Shown here: one piece after another, positions 8,839 through 18,536 of the stretch | Layout of the letters: each line of letters opens with the position of its first letter | How positions within the stretch are numbered: position 1 is the stretch's first letter | Assembly: GCA_002505685.1 (NCBI GenBank) | Contig: DAVT01000069.1 | Location: forward strand, 1 to 38,664 | DNA length: 38,664 nucleotides | DNA from: Euryarchaeota archaeon UBA501 | Lineage (GTDB): Archaea; Thermoplasmatota; Poseidoniia; Poseidoniales; Thalassarchaeaceae | Direction of reading: 5' to 3' | Position numbers and translations under genes: made by a program | The notes under the pieces: generated by a model | What the model saw: only the letters and a program-made list of their open reading frames with translations | Database searches by the model: none | What the model was told of the DNA's origin: nothing

Positions 8839-11046
8839 ATGCGAAATCTGCTCGGCATCGCATTGATGCTCCCGTTCCTCGCATTGTTGTCATTCTTTGT
8901 TCTCGACATCTCCAGTCTTGAATATGTGTGGATGAATGGGGGCTCTGATTTACCACTTCTATACCGAATCAGTGCGATATGGGCGGGTCGAGAAGGGCCC
9001 CTGCTACTCTGGGTTGCGATGTTGGGGGTTTTGCTTCTCCTCGATGGAAAGCAACACCAATCTGAATCAGAGGAGCAACATCAGTTGAGAATCCGCCTTT
9101 TGGTTGGCTTCTCGATGTTGTTACTTTTCATCGCGTTGATGATGAATCCTTTCCGCTCGACACCCGATGATGCATTTTCACGCCCAGGTTTGAATGCACT
9201 TTTGCAAACAGATTTGATGGTCATACATCCTCCAGTCGTATTCGCCTACTACACGTTATGTGTAGGTGTTGGAGCCCATGCTATTACCGCGATGTTGATT
9301 TCAGGTAATCCTGCTAGAGACCGAATCTTACACCTTGCAAGGCCGGCGTTTTGGGTTGGTACACTCGGTGTTGGATTGGGTGGTTTGTGGGCATATACTG
9401 TTCTTGATTGGGGTGGCTATTGGGCATGGGATCCGGTCGAAACCGGTTCACTACTTCCATGGTTGGCTCTAGTACTTCTTTTGCATCTGCGCTTGCCTAA
9501 GGGAATGGCCAAAGAAGATCACTGGTTCATCGGATTAGGGTTACTTCCAGCTTTCTTTTCTTTCCACGCAACATTGGTGACGCGGGCAAATGGAGTTTGG
9601 CAGAGTGTCCACGCATTTGTTGCCGAAGGCGAAATTGACCCGACGATGGGTCCGATTCAGAGGATATTGGAATTGGGCTTTGGTGACGCTCCCGGCATTG
9701 AAGTACACCTATACCTACTCGTTCTAGCCGCTATGCTTTGGCTACTCACACGACATTTTGCAAATGAGCGCGATCAAGAATGGGCACCTTTGGGGATTCT
9801 AGCGGGCGCCATTCTCGGTATGCAAATTGGCACCCTTGAAGTGGGAATTTTAGCAGGAACTTTCGGTTTCCTACTTTGGAGTCAACGAGAATCTGGTGAG
9901 AGAGTTGTTTGGCTATCATCAGGTGTGATGCTGATGCTATTCAGCTACTGGGCCTTCTTGCTGACAACTACCTTTGCCGTTGTCGGCATGTTGCTTTTCC
10001 TTTCTCCGTTGTTCCTCATCAAGGATATTGAGGACCCACCATTGGAATGGAAGAATAGCCGTTGGCAACAACGGGTTGTACTTTGGATTCCATTGGCCGT
10101 TGGGGCTCCATTCCTTTTGCTAACTTGGATGCTACTTTTGGCAGAAGTTGACGGCACGAATTTGGCTTGGCATGAGATTTTTGGTTTGCCATTATTGTGT
10201 TTGGCCGCACTTGGTTTGACGGTATACAGTTGGAGGAAAGTGGTGAACCCTGAACATATACCATCTCTCCTTATTCTGATTATAGCGTTCAGCGCAGTTT
10301 TCGCCAATATGTATGGAGATACATTACCCGGTGATGCAGATCATTTGTTCTCCGAAGGCATTACTCGAGGGATGATTGCAGGTTTTGCATTACCCTTGTT
10401 CGTGTTTTCGATTCCCCCGATGATGCGTCTTGTTTGGGTTCGGGCAGGAGAATTTCAATTGCATCAAAAGCCATTACAATTGCGTCGGATGGCCATGCAT
10501 CTAGCCCATCTCGGTATTCTACTGCTATTGGTTGGCCACGTATTTACCACAACACTGGTCCAAAGAGGGGATCCAAGTCACATTGTCATGCTAGCGAAAG
10601 ATACGCCTATTGAACACAATGGATATTGGTACACGTTTACCGAGTTGCATGCATATGGGCCTGATGATGAGCAATGGGATGAAAACGTAGGAGATGGAAA
10701 GATTCTGGTGACAGTTGAAGTCAGGAAAGAATCGGATGGAGAGATCATTGCGACGATGAATCCTGGTATGTTGAGATTCGATGAAGGGGGGATTCCCGCA
10801 CGTGCGGAAACCGATATTTGGCACCGCCCTCATGGTGACTTGGTGATGATTTTCGATCAAAGCCAAGCAAACCAACTGTATTTGACCTCATTTATGCAAC
10901 ATGGGGACTCTGTGGATCGAATTCGAGTTGTAATTTACGATTTGACCGGCAGCCATCTTGTTTGGGCCGGATGGTCTCTGATTCTCATCGGTACAGCGCT
11001 GACTTGGATTATGGTCCCTCCTTCGCCCAAAGAGGAGGAAGAATGA
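8839..11046 (+). CDS. ccmF: Cytochrome c biogenesis heme lyase CcmF/CcsA family
   Basis: WAGREG, GLNALLQ, IHPP, WAYTVLDWGGYWAWDPVE (WWD motif) and SVHAF, with many TM helices. Starts 4 nt after the GGR stop. Confidence 0.9.
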   Translation: MRNLLGIALMLPFLALLSFFVLDISSLEYVWMNGGSDLPLLYRISAIWAGREGPLLLWVAMLGVLLLLDGKQHQSESEEQHQLRIRLLVGFSMLLLFIALMMNPFRSTPDDAFSRPGLNALLQTDLMVIHPPVVFAYYTLCVGVGAHAITAMLISGNPARDRILHLARPAFWVGTLGVGLGGLWAYTVLDWGGYWAWDPVETGSLLPWLALVLLLHLRLPKGMAKEDHWFIGLGLLPAFFSFHATLVTRANGVWQSVHAFVAEGEIDPTMGPIQRILELGFGDAPGIEVHLYLLVLAAMLWLLTRHFANERDQEWAPLGILAGAILGMQIGTLEVGILAGTFGFLLWSQRESGERVVWLSSGVMLMLFSYWAFLLTTTFAVVGMLLFLSPLFLIKDIEDPPLEWKNSRWQQRVVLWIPLAVGAPFLLLTWMLLLAEVDGTNLAWHEIFGLPLLCLAALGLTVYSWRKVVNPEHIPSLLILIIAFSAVFANMYGDTLPGDADHLFSEGITRGMIAGFALPLFVFSIPPMMRLVWVRAGEFQLHQKPLQLRRMAMHLAHLGILLLLVGHVFTTTLVQRGDPSHIVMLAKDTPIEHNGYWYTFTELHAYGPDDEQWDENVGDGKILVTVEVRKESDGEIIATMNPGMLRFDEGGIPARAETDIWHRPHGDLVMIFDQSQANQLYLTSFMQHGDSVDRIRVVIYDLTGSHLVWAGWSLILIGTALTWIMVPPSPKEEEE

Positions 11047-11059
11047 GCCCTACGGGCTC
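11045..11059. repeat. Intergenic inverted repeat, CCNTAGG-core family
   Basis: GAGCCC-TAC-GGGCTC at the ccmF stop, upstream of slyD. Confidence 0.8.
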
Positions 11060-11133
11060 GGGCCCTTCAACCGCACGCTCATAAAGGGGAAGTCGGTCGC
11101 GGGGCCGCCCACAAAGTTGGGTAGGTGGAAAAA

Positions 11134-11829
11134 ATGGAAAACGGTTCAATCGTCCACATCGAATATGACCTCTACAATGCAGATGATGATTCACTCATCG
11201 AAACGACTCGCGAAGAGGTAGCGAAGGAAGCGGACAAGTTCGATGAAAACCGAACATACACACCTCTTGTCACCGTGATTGGAGATGGCCGCTTGATTGC
11301 AGGTTTTGAAGCACACTTGGCCGAGGCGGATGCTGAGACCGATTACGAGTTCGATATTGCTCCTGAGGATGCTTACGGTGAAAGAGACCCGAACGCGGTT
11401 GAGACCATGGGACAGGATGTATTGGCCCGCTCGGTTCGAGACCCTGACAGTTTGGCCATCGGTGGACCAGTTGAGATTAATGGAAAGCAAGGGATCCTAC
11501 AGATGGTTCGCGCCGGCCGTGCACGCATCGATTTCAATCATCCTCTAGCTGGTCGAACTCTCCGTTACAAGTACCGGATTGTCAAGGTAGTAGAAGACCG
11601 TGCTGAGAAGGTATCTACTCTACTTGAGACCAATACCGGTCGAGATGGATTTGAGGTTGAATTCAATGGCGATGATTTGACCATCACTCTGCCTGAATTT
11701 GTCGCCTACGACCAGAATTGGGCGTTTACAAAGTTCAGTTTAATCCGCACACTTAGGGATCACATTGGAGTTGAGACCATTGTTTTCCGTGAGGTTCACG
11801 AAGCACGCCAAGTTGGGGAAGAAGAGTAA
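11134..11829 (+). CDS. slyD: Long-type archaeal FKBP peptidyl-prolyl isomerase (SlyD-like)
   Basis: IETT, LIAGFE, PEDAYGERD and IDFNHPLAGRTL motifs. SD-like AGGTGG precedes ATG 11134 (alternative GTG 11125). Confidence 0.92.
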   Translation: MENGSIVHIEYDLYNADDDSLIETTREEVAKEADKFDENRTYTPLVTVIGDGRLIAGFEAHLAEADAETDYEFDIAPEDAYGERDPNAVETMGQDVLARSVRDPDSLAIGGPVEINGKQGILQMVRAGRARIDFNHPLAGRTLRYKYRIVKVVEDRAEKVSTLLETNTGRDGFEVEFNGDDLTITLPEFVAYDQNWAFTKFSLIRTLRDHIGVETIVFREVHEARQVGEEE

Positions 11830-11859
11830 TCACATCGAAACCTGCGATGAGGTTCGGGC

Positions 11860-13176
11860 ATGAGTGAAGAAAGCCCCCTATTGACGGAGAAGCCGTTACC
11901 GGATTCTCATTTTTCTTTGATGGAGAGGGGTGCTGCTACCATCATACTAACGGGAGTAATCCTCCTTCTAGGCGCAATTTTGGGTCAAGATATTGCACCC
12001 GGAAATATCCTTTCAGAAAGTTATGATACATATTTTATCGAACCCCACTCAATCGATTCAACTACTGGAGATGCTGGTTACAACCCAGTCGATACAATCG
12101 CTTACTCACTTCTGTTGGTATCCTTTGTAGTCGTAATATCTGCATGGTTGAGACGAATTGGTGTCCCTCCTAGAGATGAATCCATCCTCGCTCTACTTCC
12201 ATGGGTTTTCTGGGCATCACTGGGAGAAGTGAATGAGGATGGTTATTTGTTTGATCCAGAGGGAATGGGTGGCTTTTTTGTATCTCCATTGATTCATTTC
12301 CATGTGGCAATATGGGTTGTCCTAGTGGGTTGGATGAGTCACAATGTTGACAAAAAATCAGATTCTGAAGGTAGGGCTAAAGTCACTCAACTCTCAGCCA
12401 TCTTACTATTATTACAATGGGTGGTATTCATGCCACAGATAGGTAGCCATTGGGAGAAAGAATTCGTTGATTGGCTTCTATCTCCACTATTTTTGTCACC
12501 ACTCTTTGGTTTGCTTATAATCGTCCTTTTACACCCGTTCCTAGAATGTTGCACCGCGATTGAGCAAGGTCTGATACAAGTTGGTCTCGGTGGTTGTTTC
12601 GTTCACCTCGCAGGTTGGTTGATGCTGTACATTGAGCCCCTAAACAACCGCGAGCCAATATCGATGCTACCCTTCCTGTTCATTGTAGGTGTGCCATTCA
12701 TCATCTGCGTTCTTTTGTGGTTCACTGGTCAAGAGGCTCGTGCACAGCTAAAGCACATGGGATTGGAACCGGGAATCATTCCAGAAGGAATCACTGTAGA
12801 AGATTGGGAGCGACAGAACTCCTCGACATGGGAGCGCATGGAATCACTCACACCTCCAGCAACCTTGGGTATTCCAGTGGTTCTCTTGGGCATGTATGGG
12901 CAAATGGTCGATGGATTGGCAACAAGCGTTGGTTTGGAACACTATGGGTATGGCGAAAAACACGTGGCATCTCAATGGGTGATCGACATGGCTGGTACAG
13001 CTTGGGGTTTTGGTGCGCTAAAGTTTGGTTTGGCTGCAATGATTTGGTGGCTATTCGCTTACGCTCGCTTTGAAACTCGCCATCGTCATCTGCGCTTGAT
13101 GGTGCTTCTTTGTCTCCTAGTGGTCGGTTTGGCCCCTGGATTACGAGATGTTTTGCGAATGACACTTGCCGTTTGA
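11860..13176 (+). CDS. DUF63 family archaeal membrane protein
   Basis: [16 protein letters not shown]...YGYGEKHV and [11 protein letters not shown] motifs. Multi-TM. Confidence 0.8.
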   Translation: MSEESPLLTEKPLPDSHFSLMERGAATIILTGVILLLGAILGQDIAPGNILSESYDTYFIEPHSIDSTTGDAGYNPVDTIAYSLLLVSFVVVISAWLRRIGVPPRDESILALLPWVFWASLGEVNEDGYLFDPEGMGGFFVSPLIHFHVAIWVVLVGWMSHNVDKKSDSEGRAKVTQLSAILLLLQWVVFMPQIGSHWEKEFVDWLLSPLFLSPLFGLLIIVLLHPFLECCTAIEQGLIQVGLGGCFVHLAGWLMLYIEPLNNREPISMLPFLFIVGVPFIICVLLWFTGQEARAQLKHMGLEPGIIPEGITVEDWERQNSSTWERMESLTPPATLGIPVVLLGMYGQMVDGLATSVGLEHYGYGEKHVASQWVIDMAGTAWGFGALKFGLAAMIWWLFAYARFETRHRHLRLMVLLCLLVVGLAPGLRDVLRMTLAV

Positions 13177-13208
13177 GACAGGCGAGTGTTCAAGGCCAAG
13201 TTCGTATT

Positions 13209-13227
13209 CGCACCCCTTAGGGGTGCG
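13209..13227. repeat. Intergenic inverted repeat, CCNTAGG-core family
   Basis: CGCACCCC-TTA-GGGGTGCG ending 1 nt before the liuB ATG. Confidence 0.85.
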
Positions 13228-13228
13228 T

Positions 13229-14839
13229 ATGGACCGACTTCAATCTAGAGTCAATTCTTCGGATGCTGCGTTCAAGTCGAACCATGCACACAATAGTGCT
13301 CTGTTGGAGACACTTCGAGAGAGACTGAATGTTGTGCAGGATGGTGGTGGTGGCAAATATGTCGAGAAACATCGCAACCGGGGTAAAGCCCTTCCAAGAG
13401 AGCGAATATCAGCGATTTGCGACCCGGGTACCCCATTCCTCGAATTGTCACCTTTGGCTGCATTCGATCTATATGATGGCAAGGCGGCCAGTGCTGGGAT
13501 TGTCACCGGAATCGGTGTGGTTCATGGTAGAGAATGTCTTTTCGTCGCCAATGACGCTACGGTAAAGGGTGGTTCATACTATCCAATGACAGTCAAGAAA
13601 CACATTCGTGCTCAAGAAGTAGCAGATGCAAATCACTTGCCCTGTATCTATCTGGTAGATTCGGGAGGTGCATTCTTACCCATGCAGGACGAAGTATTCC
13701 CAGACAAGGGCCACTTTGGACGAATCTTCCGCAATCAAGCCATGATGAGTGGCAAAGGAATTCCACAAATTGCAGCCGTTTGTGGTTCATGTACGGCAGG
13801 GGGTGCTTATGTTCCTGCGATGTCGGATGAATCGATTATCGTCAAAGGAAATGGCACAATTTTCCTTGCGGGTCCTCCATTGGTCAAGGCTGCAACAGGT
13901 GAAGAGGTCAGTGCTGAGGATTTGGGTGGAGCAGATGTACATACCGCCCAATCAGGGGTCGCTGATCATTTTGCAGAGGATGAACCTAGTGCGCTTCGAA
14001 TGGTCAGGAACATTGTCGAAAACCTCAATTCAGGAAACAAGACGAAGCTGGAATTCCAACCCCCAGAAGACCCCGCATATCCAGTGGATGAAATCCTAGG
14101 TATCATTCCCGAAGACAATCGGACACCGTTTGATGTAAGAGAAATTATCTCTAGAATTGTAGATGGCAGTCGTTTCCATGAATTCAAATCACGCTATGGT
14201 CCCACACTTGTTTGTGGTTTTGCACGAATACATGGCTACCCGGTTGGGATTGTTGCCAACAATGGAATCTTGTTTTCAGAGTCATCGCTCAAAGGGGCAC
14301 ACTTTGTAGAATTGTGCGGTCAACGTGGCATACCCTTGGTGTTCTTGCAGAATATCACAGGGTTCATGGTTGGGCGTGAATATGAAGCCGGAGGAATCGC
14401 CAAGGACGGTGCCAAATTGGTGACTGCAGTCTCCTGTGTACCGGTACCCAAATTCACAGTCATCATAGGAGGCAGTCACGGTGCAGGTAACTATGGAATG
14501 TGCGGCAGAGCTTATGACCCCCGTTTCCTGTTCATGTGGCCAAATAGTCGTATTTCTGTAATGGGAGGTCCCCAGGCTGCAGATGTATTGGCTACAGTCA
14601 AGCAAGATCAACGGGCAAGAGAAGGACTTGATCCAATGAGCGAAGAAGAATGGGCTACATTCCAAGCCCCTATTTTGGAGAAATATAATGTCGAAGGGTC
14701 GCCCTATTATTCGACGGCAAGGTTGTGGGATGATGGAATCATCGACCCAAGAGATACACGCGACATACTCGGGTTGGCAATTAGTGCCAGTCTAAACGCG
14801 CCTATGCCAGATACAAATTTCGGTATTTTTAGAATGTAA
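13229..14839 (+). CDS. liuB: 3-methylcrotonyl-CoA carboxylase carboxyltransferase (beta) subunit
   Basis: [49 protein letters not shown] and the C-terminal FGIFRM. Confidence 0.93.
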   Translation: MDRLQSRVNSSDAAFKSNHAHNSALLETLRERLNVVQDGGGGKYVEKHRNRGKALPRERISAICDPGTPFLELSPLAAFDLYDGKAASAGIVTGIGVVHGRECLFVANDATVKGGSYYPMTVKKHIRAQEVADANHLPCIYLVDSGGAFLPMQDEVFPDKGHFGRIFRNQAMMSGKGIPQIAAVCGSCTAGGAYVPAMSDESIIVKGNGTIFLAGPPLVKAATGEEVSAEDLGGADVHTAQSGVADHFAEDEPSALRMVRNIVENLNSGNKTKLEFQPPEDPAYPVDEILGIIPEDNRTPFDVREIISRIVDGSRFHEFKSRYGPTLVCGFARIHGYPVGIVANNGILFSESSLKGAHFVELCGQRGIPLVFLQNITGFMVGREYEAGGIAKDGAKLVTAVSCVPVPKFTVIIGGSHGAGNYGMCGRAYDPRFLFMWPNSRISVMGGPQAADVLATVKQDQRAREGLDPMSEEEWATFQAPILEKYNVEGSPYYSTARLWDDGIIDPRDTRDILGLAISASLNAPMPDTNFGIFRM

Positions 14840-14852
14840 TGGAGCAATTGAA

Positions 14853-15710
14853 ATGTCAAATTTTGCAATTGAAGATTTAGTGCCTGAAACGGGCCTTTGT
14901 AAGCTAGAAATTAACGGAGCCATTGCTCACCTCACACTCACACGTGAAGATGTATTCAATGCGCTCAACATCCAACTTATCAGCGAAATCATCTCGCTAC
15001 TGGATTGGACTAAGGAGCGGTCGGTTGGTGAACGTGGAACATTGAATGATGCAACTGGAAATCCGTACATTCGAGTCCTCGTGATATCAGGTGCAGGCAA
15101 GCACTTCTGCGCTGGTGCTGACATCAACATGATGCGTGATGCAGGAGCGAAGAGTGCCGAAGAAAATAGGGCAGATTCAGAACGTCTCGATCGATTATTC
15201 AACAGTCTTTGGGCCCATCCTTGCTTCACCATTGGAAAGATACAGGGCGTCGCTCTTGGAGGTGGCGCTGGCCTCATTGCCTGCATGGATCATGTCATCG
15301 TGGAACCCAGAACGAGAATTGCGTTATCTGAAGGTAAACTTGGTATTCTGCCAGCAGTCATCGGTCCCTATGTGTATCGAAAAGTTGGGAGTGCAGAGTT
15401 CCGTCGATTGGCAATGCTGGCGGGACGTATTGGTTCTGAAGAATCTCTTAGAATCGGACTTGTCAATGAGTTAGTGGAATCGTTGGATGGCTCGGAGAAG
15501 TCTGTGATTGACGAAATCATGACCACGGGTCCGATGGCCGTTACAGAAGCCAAGCGACTTGCCTTGACCTTTGATCGTTGGGCAGGAACCGACGAGGAAC
15601 TCAGAAGGTGGACATTGGACAAAACCAGTGAGATGCGTGGCTCGGAAGAAGGCCAAGAAGGATTAGCCTCATTCCTCGAAAAGCGTTCACCCAATTGGAA
15701 TCAGGAGTGA
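14853..15710 (+). CDS. liuC: Methylglutaconyl-CoA hydratase (crotonase family)
   Basis: FCAGADI, GVALGGGAGL, SEGKLGILPAVIGPYV and EGQEGLASFLEKR motifs. Located directly after liuB. Confidence 0.85.
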   Translation: MSNFAIEDLVPETGLCKLEINGAIAHLTLTREDVFNALNIQLISEIISLLDWTKERSVGERGTLNDATGNPYIRVLVISGAGKHFCAGADINMMRDAGAKSAEENRADSERLDRLFNSLWAHPCFTIGKIQGVALGGGAGLIACMDHVIVEPRTRIALSEGKLGILPAVIGPYVYRKVGSAEFRRLAMLAGRIGSEESLRIGLVNELVESLDGSEKSVIDEIMTTGPMAVTEAKRLALTFDRWAGTDEELRRWTLDKTSEMRGSEEGQEGLASFLEKRSPNWNQE

Positions 15711-17257
15711 TGCAGATGCTTGGACCAGATTGGATGAAGGGAGCCCCTCATCCAATCACCAAGATTCTTGTCGCTAATCGTGGCGAAATTGCCTGCCGAA
15801 TCTTCCGTTCATGTGCGGAATTGGGCATTGGCTCAGTCGCCATATATTCGGAATCAGACCGAGGTTCACTGCACCAACAAACTGCCGATGAATCCGTATT
15901 CTTGCCAGGTGATACCCTTGCAGATACTTACCTCAACATCGAGGCGATATTGTCTGCTGCGGGAGATACCGGCGCGGATGCCATTCATCCGGGCTATGGG
16001 TTTCTTTCCGAACGTAGTGCATTTGCAAATGCAGTGAAAGAAGCGGGTCTTGTTTGGATTGGACCTTCTGCTCATGCCATCGATGAAATGGGTGACAAAA
16101 TTAGTGCTAGGCGTGCAATGATTGAGGCAGGTGTCCCCGTAATTCCCGGAGAAGAACTCCCACTGGATGACCCCGATGACATGGTCGAGGAGTTGGTCAG
16201 GGCAGCAACACGAGTGGGCTACCCGCTCCTCCTGAAGGCGAGCGCCGGTGGAGGGGGCAAAGGTATGCGTGTTGTTCGCGAACCACGAAACCTCCAACGA
16301 GAGTACGCTGCAGCAAGCCGTGAAGCCGCCACCTCATTCGGAGATGGCACAGTCTATGTCGAGCGTTTACTAGAGAAATCTCGTCACGTCGAAGTTCAGG
16401 TTCTGTGCGATTCACACGGGGGGGCAGTACATCTCTTTGAGCGCGAGTGTAGTATTCAACGACGCCACCAAAAAGTGGTCGAAGAAGCCCCATCTCCTGT
16501 TCTCGATGAAGTCACCCGAAAGAAAATGGGAGAAGCTGCAGTTAACGCTGCACGTGCAGTGGATTACGAGGGCGCAGGTACTGTAGAATTTCTGTTGGCA
16601 GAAGATGGAGATTTTCATTTCCTTGAGATGAATACACGCCTGCAAGTAGAGCATCCGATTACGGAATGCATCAGTGGTACTGATCTTGTCGTTGAGCAAA
16701 TTCGAGTTGCATCTGGCCTACCGTTACCATTTATGCAAGGTGATTTGTCCATTCGCGGTCACGCAATTGAAGTGAGAATTTACGCTGAAGATCCAAGCAA
16801 TGGTTTTCTTCCAGCAATTGGACCCTTGGCTTTGTTTAGGCCACCTAGTGGACCTGGAATCCGATTGGACACTGGGGTCCGAGAAGGAGATGAGGCGAGG
16901 ATTGACTTCGACCCGATGTTGGCAAAACTCATCGTTCACGCACCCGATAGGGATGCTGCTATTCGTCGTATGAAGCGCGCTTGTGAAGATTTCGTACTAC
17001 TTGGTGTCACGACAAATTTGGGCTTCCTTTGTGATATCATGGGGCACCCCGCCTATCACGCAGGGGATACAACCACCGATTTCATCGAGGTCAATTGGCC
17101 AGATGGTTGGGTTGCTCAACCCTCTGATGTATCCCCATTTGTTGCCGCAGCCGCTGAGCAATTGGGACTCTCACGCAAAGCCGCCATGGTTGAATCATCA
17201 GAAGGGCGAGGGAGCCCATACAATCCTTTCCAATCACTGCGGAGGTCCTTTCCCTGA
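15710..17257 (+). CDS. Biotin carboxylase subunit of methylcrotonyl-CoA carboxylase (N-terminal part of LiuD)
   Basis: KILVANRGEIA, HPGYGFLSE, GGGGKGMR, RECSIQRRHQK and EMNTRLQVEH motifs. TGATG overlap with liuC. Confidence 0.93.
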   Translation: MQMLGPDWMKGAPHPITKILVANRGEIACRIFRSCAELGIGSVAIYSESDRGSLHQQTADESVFLPGDTLADTYLNIEAILSAAGDTGADAIHPGYGFLSERSAFANAVKEAGLVWIGPSAHAIDEMGDKISARRAMIEAGVPVIPGEELPLDDPDDMVEELVRAATRVGYPLLLKASAGGGGKGMRVVREPRNLQREYAAASREAATSFGDGTVYVERLLEKSRHVEVQVLCDSHGGAVHLFERECSIQRRHQKVVEEAPSPVLDEVTRKKMGEAAVNAARAVDYEGAGTVEFLLAEDGDFHFLEMNTRLQVEHPITECISGTDLVVEQIRVASGLPLPFMQGDLSIRGHAIEVRIYAEDPSNGFLPAIGPLALFRPPSGPGIRLDTGVREGDEARIDFDPMLAKLIVHAPDRDAAIRRMKRACEDFVLLGVTTNLGFLCDIMGHPAYHAGDTTTDFIEVNWPDGWVAQPSDVSPFVAAAAEQLGLSRKAAMVESSEGRGSPYNPFQSLRRSFP

Positions 17258-17266
17258 GGTGTTGCC

Positions 17267-17734
17267 ATGGTCGATTTGAGAGATTCACAAGGTCGCCGGT
17301 GGCAGATTGCCATGGGCTCAGAGCACGCTTTGTGTGACGAGCAAGAAGTTGCGAATAGCCATACGTTCGAACTCGATGCTAGACCAAATCGTATCTGGGT
17401 TGACAATCGCCTAGCACACGCGATTAAAGTTGGAGATGATTGGTGGATCCACCTGGATGGTCTTATCCAAGTGATTTCTATTGACGAACAAGGCGCCGGA
17501 GGAGGAGGGGATGCAGAGGGCATGGTTGCTCCGATGCCGGGCAAAGTCCTCGAAATCCTGTGTCAGGAAGGAGATGTAGTCGAAGCGGGCCAAACTCTGA
17601 TTGTCATGGAAGCGATGAAGATGGAACACCGAATCGCGGCGACAGAAGCAGGAACGGTCGCAGTCATCCACCATAAAGTGGGTGAACAGGTCGACGCTGG
17701 CGCCACACTTATCGATATAGATGGCGCAGAATAA
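17267..17734 (+). CDS. Biotin carboxyl carrier protein (BT-like + biotinyl domain)
   Basis: APMPG and EAMKME biotinylation motifs. SD-like GAGGTG upstream. Confidence 0.92.
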   Translation: MVDLRDSQGRRWQIAMGSEHALCDEQEVANSHTFELDARPNRIWVDNRLAHAIKVGDDWWIHLDGLIQVISIDEQGAGGGGDAEGMVAPMPGKVLEILCQEGDVVEAGQTLIVMEAMKMEHRIAATEAGTVAVIHHKVGEQVDAGATLIDIDGAE

Positions 17735-17767
17735 ATCAATTGGAAAAACATTTTTTCAATTGAAAAA
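17735..17767. terminator. Probable bidirectional T-rich terminator
   Basis: Spacer between convergent genes with T runs on both strands and a perfect 16-bp palindrome TTTTTCAATTGAAAAA (17752-17767). Confidence 0.55.
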
Positions 17768-18532
17768 TTAACGATAGAACAACCACTCATAATCGGTTGA
17801 TTGGTTTGCATCAAATCTGTAGCCATCGATGTCAAATTGTTTCAAATCGTCAGGGTTTTCGATTTGATTCTTGACAATGAACCTCGCCATGGCGCCACGG
17901 GCTCGCTTGGCTGAGAAACTAATCAGTTTCAATTTCCCATCTCTCATTTCTTTGAATGTAGGTGTAATTACATCCATACCCAATGCAGGTCGTGCTGCGG
18001 ATTTGAAATATTCATTCGAAGCCAGATTCACTAGAGTATTATCAGACGAAGTTTCATTTCGTTGTTGTAAGAGGTTGGCTATTTCATCTCCCCAGAATGC
18101 ATACAGATTCTTTCCACGTGGTGTTCCGAGGCGTGTCCCCATCTCAAGTCTGTGTGGTTGAATCAAATCTAGAGGTCGAAGCAAGCCATACAATCCAGAC
18201 AAAATACCGAGATGCTGTTGTGCGAATTCCCAATCTTTCAGACCAAAGTCTTGGGCTTGCAAACCAGTATAGGTGTCTCCATCAAACATCAATGCTGCGG
18301 GTTTAGCACCTTCACATTCCGGATCAGCGGAAAACGATTGGTAACGCTCAAAATTCAATGTCGACAATTGTTCAGAGATTTTCATCAATTGTCCAATATC
18401 ATCAGCGGACTTGTTCTTCATTTCTGCAACCAAAGCAGAGGTGTGGTCCAAGAGAGACGGACGTGAGAAATTTAGGTCACGATTCCAACCAGAGCAATTC
18501 AACTTCTTCGCGGGGGAAATTACAGCATACAT
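17768..18532 (-). CDS. yaaA: Peroxide stress protein YaaA (DUF328)
   Basis: ISPAKKL, ILSGLYGLLRPLDLIQPHRLEMG, VNLASNEY and AKRARG motifs. True start MYAVISP lies 4 nt after the serS stop. Confidence 0.93.
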   Translation of the reverse strand: MYAVISPAKKLNCSGWNRDLNFSRPSLLDHTSALVAEMKNKSADDIGQLMKISEQLSTLNFERYQSFSADPECEGAKPAALMFDGDTYTGLQAQDFGLKDWEFAQQHLGILSGLYGLLRPLDLIQPHRLEMGTRLGTPRGKNLYAFWGDEIANLLQQRNETSSDNTLVNLASNEYFKSAARPALGMDVITPTFKEMRDGKLKLISFSAKRARGAMARFIVKNQIENPDDLKQFDIDGYRFDANQSTDYEWLFYR

Positions 18533-18536
18533 CAGT

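Noticed and set aside
11047..11124. GC-rich spacer as a possible tRNA or ncRNA
   Set aside because: No cloverleaf and no T-loop GTTCRA or D-loop pattern. It is explained by a family hairpin plus the slyD promoter and leader.
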